This document shows positions 62,271-64,000 of a DNA stretch of 64,000 nt, piece after piece (the first letter of the stretch is position 1; each line of letters begins with the position of its first letter). Source of the DNA: Alloascoidea hylecoeti (taxonomy: Eukaryota); NCBI GenBank assembly GCA_001600815.1, contig BCKZ01000018.1:401974-465973 (forward strand). Reading direction: 5' to 3'. The notes under the pieces were generated by a model. That model was not told the origin of the DNA, searched no databases, and saw only the letters and a list, made by a program, of their open reading frames with translations. The translations under genes and the position numbers were made by a program.

Positions 62271-62361
62271 AAACCCATACTTCTGCGCGTCGGCACGTGA
62301 TGTACTCTAGGGCTGTAGCACACATTCATGCATACTTCCCGTTTAGGACTCGAAGTCACAG
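62271..62361 (+). promoter_or_regulatory. Ribosomal-protein promoter elements: Rap1-like, Cbf1 E-box, Tbf1-like and Homol-D-like
   Basis: AAACCCATACTT (62271), CACGTGA (62294), TAGGGCT (62308) and AAGTCACAG (about 62353). Confidence 0.45.
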
Positions 62362-62439
62362 ATTTCTAATGCATTTTTTCATCAAATACAGTGATATCTT
62401 ACTACTTGATACCATCAACACATACTTCAACAACAAAAG

Positions 62440-63537
62440 ATGTCCGTCACAAGACCACAAGTATCAGTCTACTCCACTACCGGTGAAGTCTCAAAGGCCT
62501 CCGTTGCCTTACCAGCTGTTTTCAAAGCTCCAATCAGACCTGACATCGTTCACTCTGTTTTCAAGGGTGTTAACAAGAATAAGAGACAAGCTTATGCCGT
62601 TTCTGAAAAAGCCGGTCATCAAACCTCTGCTGAATCTTGGGGTACTGGTCGTGCTGTTGCCCGTATTCCTCGTGTCAATGGTTCAGGTACTCACCGTGCT
62701 GGACAAGCTGCTTTCGGTAATATGTGTCGTGGAGGTAGAATGTTTGCTCCAACAAAGACATGGAGAAAATGGCACGTTAAGGTCAACCATAACGAAAAGA
62801 GATATGCTGTCGCTTCCGCTATTGCTGCTTCAGGTGTTGCTTCTTTAGTTTTGGCTAGAGGTCACAGAGTTGAGACAATCCCAGAAGTTCCATTAGTTGT
62901 TGCTAATGAGATTGAATCCGTCACCAAGACCAAAGATGCCGTCGCTGTTTTGAAAGCCATTGGTGCTCACCGTGATGTCATTAAGGTTATCAAATCCAAG
63001 AAATTGAGAGCTGGTAAAGGTAAACTTAGAGGTAGAAGACACACCCAAAGACGTGGACCTCTCGTTGTCTATGGTAATGACAATGGTATCGTTAAGGCTT
63101 TCCGTAACGTTCCAGGTGTTGAAACCGCCAATGTTAGAGCTTTAGGTCTTTTACAATTAGCACCAGGTGCTCACTTAGGTAGATTTGTTATCTGGACTCA
63201 ATCTGCTTTTGAATTATTAGACTCAATCTGGGGATCCGAATCTACTGAATCATCCAAATCTGGTTATGTTTTACCAAAATCAATCATTTCCAACGCTGAT
63301 GTTCAAAGAATTATCAACTCTTCCGAAATTCAAAACGTTGTTAGACCAGCTGGTCCAAGAGTTCAAAAGAGATCTCATGTTCAAAAGAAGAATCCTTTAA
63401 AGAACAAACAACTTTTGTATAGATTGAATCCTTATGCTAAAGCATTTTCTGAAAAGAAATTAGGATCTGTTAAAGTTTCTAAATCAAAGGCTAAATTCTC
63501 AAATGGTGTTTTCCATGAAGTTAGAAAACAAGATTAA
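62440..63537 (+). CDS. RPL4: 60S ribosomal protein L4 (uL4)
   Basis: [48 protein letters not shown] and [14 protein letters not shown], with strong codon bias. Confidence 0.98.
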   Translation: MSVTRPQVSVYSTTGEVSKASVALPAVFKAPIRPDIVHSVFKGVNKNKRQAYAVSEKAGHQTSAESWGTGRAVARIPRVNGSGTHRAGQAAFGNMCRGGRMFAPTKTWRKWHVKVNHNEKRYAVASAIAASGVASLVLARGHRVETIPEVPLVVANEIESVTKTKDAVAVLKAIGAHRDVIKVIKSKKLRAGKGKLRGRRHTQRRGPLVVYGNDNGIVKAFRNVPGVETANVRALGLLQLAPGAHLGRFVIWTQSAFELLDSIWGSESTESSKSGYVLPKSIISNADVQRIINSSEIQNVVRPAGPRVQKRSHVQKKNPLKNKQLLYRLNPYAKAFSEKKLGSVKVSKSKAKFSNGVFHEVRKQD

Positions 63538-64000
63538 ATATTATAAATACATTAACGTTTTAGTCTGATTATATAACTATTAATACCTAATTTTTTCAAA
63601 AACTTCATGATCATATGTATAGTAAAACCAGTAACAATAATTGATTTATTTTAGAAAACGATATATGTCATTATAAGTTGAATATAGCGTACGGGTATCA
63701 AAGATTCGGGCAATTACAGACCCAGTCAATAAGCCCAGTTATATAGAAATGAAAATATCAGACGTTATTGACGTGTATACCTTCACTGATTTCACTTCCT
63801 CAAAAATCACATTTATAACCGTAGTTTGCTTAATGAATCTCTTTCATCCTGTCACTTGTGTTACAAGTTGTGTAGTAGATTCTAGATTCTTTATTAGATT
63901 CTTTATGTGTGGATTTTTAATGGGGATCAGGGGAAGATAGATCGCCAAGTATTACTGTTACATCTATTCTCTATCCTTTGAATGGTTGGAAATGATTCAA

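Noticed and set aside
62261..62848. 195-aa ORF overlapping the RPL4 5' end
   Set aside because: GTG start, alternate frame of a highly biased gene, and no recognisable protein.
1..64000. tRNA, rRNA or snoRNA genes, and CUG codon reassignment
   Set aside because: No cloverleaf, A/B-box or convincing C/D structure was seen by eye, though small RNAs could be missed. CTG sits at conserved Leu positions (RFA2 YKLEDG, PYP1 ELDPG).

Overview
Eukaryotic, intron-bearing budding-yeast (Saccharomycotina) DNA, very AT-rich. CTG encodes Leu at conserved positions, which fits the standard code and probably an early-diverging lineage. The window holds about 24 intact genes: MRS3/4, EXO5, a MINDY-family gene, SCY1, RFA2, RCK2/Srk1, a pogo/CENP-B-like gene, SPO1, a YNL011C homologue, PYP1, APS1, MNN2/5, MEF2, FOL2, HUA1, GOT1, TMT1, PNS1, YTA7, a Sed1-like GPI wall protein, REC114, YET/BAP31, DUS3, DUS4, UBC6 and RPL4. 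Many need introns that the ORF track misses. There is also an aldo-keto reductase pseudogene, two decayed copies of one Tc1-like transposon with matching terminal repeats, and several Ty1/copia gag-like scraps. The most notable observations are: (1) sharp GC-rich peaks centred on promoters near 15.3, 25.3 and 35.1 kb, where + strand composition flips from purine-rich to pyrimidine-rich, as expected for long-lived meiotic recombination hotspots; (2) a hidden in-frame 51-nt cassette exon in the RCK2 kinase; (3) a domesticated pogo transposase with a D-to-N change in its catalytic triad; (4) a MINDY deubiquitinase lacking its catalytic His; (5) a perfect palindromic iron-GATA operator upstream of the mitochondrial iron carrier; (6) weak 5' splice sites in the meiotic genes; (7) the SPO1-YNL011C-PYP1 trio kept together. 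All calls come from reading the sequence by eye; no searches were run.
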